From positions 160,001 to 224,000 of the forward strand of contig JBEKDT010000003.1 of the NCBI GenBank assembly GCA_050014195.1: a DNA stretch of 64,000 nucleotides. Reading direction: 5' to 3'. Positions within the stretch are counted from its first letter, which is position 1; every line of letters begins with the position of its first letter. The position numbers and the translations under genes are program-made. The DNA comes from Desulfomonilia bacterium. Lineage in GTDB: Bacteria > Desulfobacterota > Desulfomonilia > UBA1062. This document shows, in pieces, positions 62,737-64,000 of the stretch. The notes below the pieces were generated by a model that searched no databases, was not told the origin of the DNA, and saw only the letters and a program-made list of their open reading frames with translations.

Positions 62737-63994
62737 GTTCATCATATACGGCGGTAACGCACTACGCGGGAGCGTTACTATTTCAGGGTCCAAGAATGCT
62801 GCACTGCCAATACTCTGCTCATCTATCCTTGCAGATGGTTTGTGCACCTTCAACAATGTTCCGCGGCTCATGGACATTAAAACCATCTGTGAAGTGCTTG
62901 CTCAACTGGGCATCAAGGCAGACAAACCTGCGCAGAATACGGTCGTTCTAGACCCGACGGGCATCACTTCATATGAGGCCCCGTATGACCTGGTCAAGAG
63001 CATGAGGGCGTCCATCCTGGTGCTGGGTCCATTGCTTGCCAAATATGGAAAGGCCAAGGTGTCGCTGCCCGGAGGGTGCGCCATTGGCATGAGGCCCATA
63101 GACTTGCACCTGAAGGCCTTTGCCAAGATGGGGGCTGAAATTGAGCTTTCCCACGGGTACGTGATAGCCAATACCAAGAAATTGAAGGGCACCAGGATCG
63201 TGTTCGACAGCACCACCGTAGGCGGCACCGAGAACGTCATGATGGCGGCATGTCTGGCTGATGGAACCACCGTTATCGAGGGTGCGGCCAGGGAGCCCGA
63301 GGTTGTGGACCTTGCAGAGGCCTTGAATGCAATGGGCGCCCGCATCGAGGGCGTCGGCGAGAGCACCATGGTTATTGAGGGTGTGAAATCGCTTTCCGGG
63401 CTGAACTATGATATTATACCCGACCGGATTGAGCTGGCGACATTTCTGGTTGCAGCAGCCATCACCAAGGGGAAACTCACCATCAAGGGCGGCAGGGCCG
63501 GTCATGTATCAGCCGTCATTGATAAGCTCATGGAGATGGGCATTCAGATTGAAGAAAGATCCGGCGGCAATATCCAGGTGAATGGTGATTGTGATCTGAA
63601 GCCTGTTGATGTACAGACCGTTCCCTACCCAGGGTTCCCCACTGATATGCAGGCGCAGATAATGTCTTTGGCCTGTATCGCTGATGGGGCCTCCAGTATC
63701 ACGGAGAACATCTTCGAGAATCGTTTCATGCATGTGCCCGAACTCATGCGCATGGGGGCCAAGCTTGAGGAGAAGGGCACAACCGTGATCGTACGCGGTA
63801 TCGATCGATTCCAAGGAGCTTCCGTCATGGCAACCGACCTGAGGGCCTCAGCCAGTCTGGTGCTTGCTGCCTTGAACGCCAGCGGATACACCGAGATCAG
63901 GAGGATCTACCATCTGGACCGGGGTTATGAAGGCCTGGATCAGAAGCTCATCAAGCTCGGTGCGGAAGTATCCCGGGAGAAGGGCGGTCTGTGA
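62729..63994 (+). CDS. murA: UDP-N-acetylglucosamine 1-carboxyvinyltransferase
   Basis: GSKNAALP, LPGGCAIG, PGFPTD, DLRA. Confidence 0.98.
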   Translation: MDKFIIYGGNALRGSVTISGSKNAALPILCSSILADGLCTFNNVPRLMDIKTICEVLAQLGIKADKPAQNTVVLDPTGITSYEAPYDLVKSMRASILVLGPLLAKYGKAKVSLPGGCAIGMRPIDLHLKAFAKMGAEIELSHGYVIANTKKLKGTRIVFDSTTVGGTENVMMAACLADGTTVIEGAAREPEVVDLAEALNAMGARIEGVGESTMVIEGVKSLSGLNYDIIPDRIELATFLVAAAITKGKLTIKGGRAGHVSAVIDKLMEMGIQIEERSGGNIQVNGDCDLKPVDVQTVPYPGFPTDMQAQIMSLACIADGASSITENIFENRFMHVPELMRMGAKLEEKGTTVIVRGIDRFQGASVMATDLRASASLVLAALNASGYTEIRRIYHLDRGYEGLDQKLIKLGAEVSREKGGL

Positions 63995-64000
63995 TGATCA

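Overview
Core chromosomal region of a moderately GC-rich bacterium; gene order suggests Desulfobacterota/deltaproteobacteria (inference). It probably lies near the replication origin: parS-parA-parB runs directly into dnaN-gyrB-gyrA, with no dnaA or recF. Housekeeping blocks are rimP-nusA-infB-rbfA-truB-rpsO-pnp, lepB-pyrRBC, rfbBD, moeA-dksA-purLQ and rho-rpmE-prfA-prmC-murA, plus three tRNA genes. Main novelties: (1) a 588-aa protein (10970-12736) that carries the hallmark GAPDH motifs in a permuted A-C-B order with large insertions; (2) a low-GC islet after gyrA, where a PD-(D/E)XK nuclease and a TIR protein show integron-cassette scars and sit between two inverted copies of a repeat, into which three copies of a covarying four-hairpin GGA-loop module have inserted; (3) a GacA/UvrY-type box and a candidate anti-Shine-Dalgarno sRNA just downstream of a GacA-like regulator. 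All calls come from reading the sequence by eye; no searches were run.
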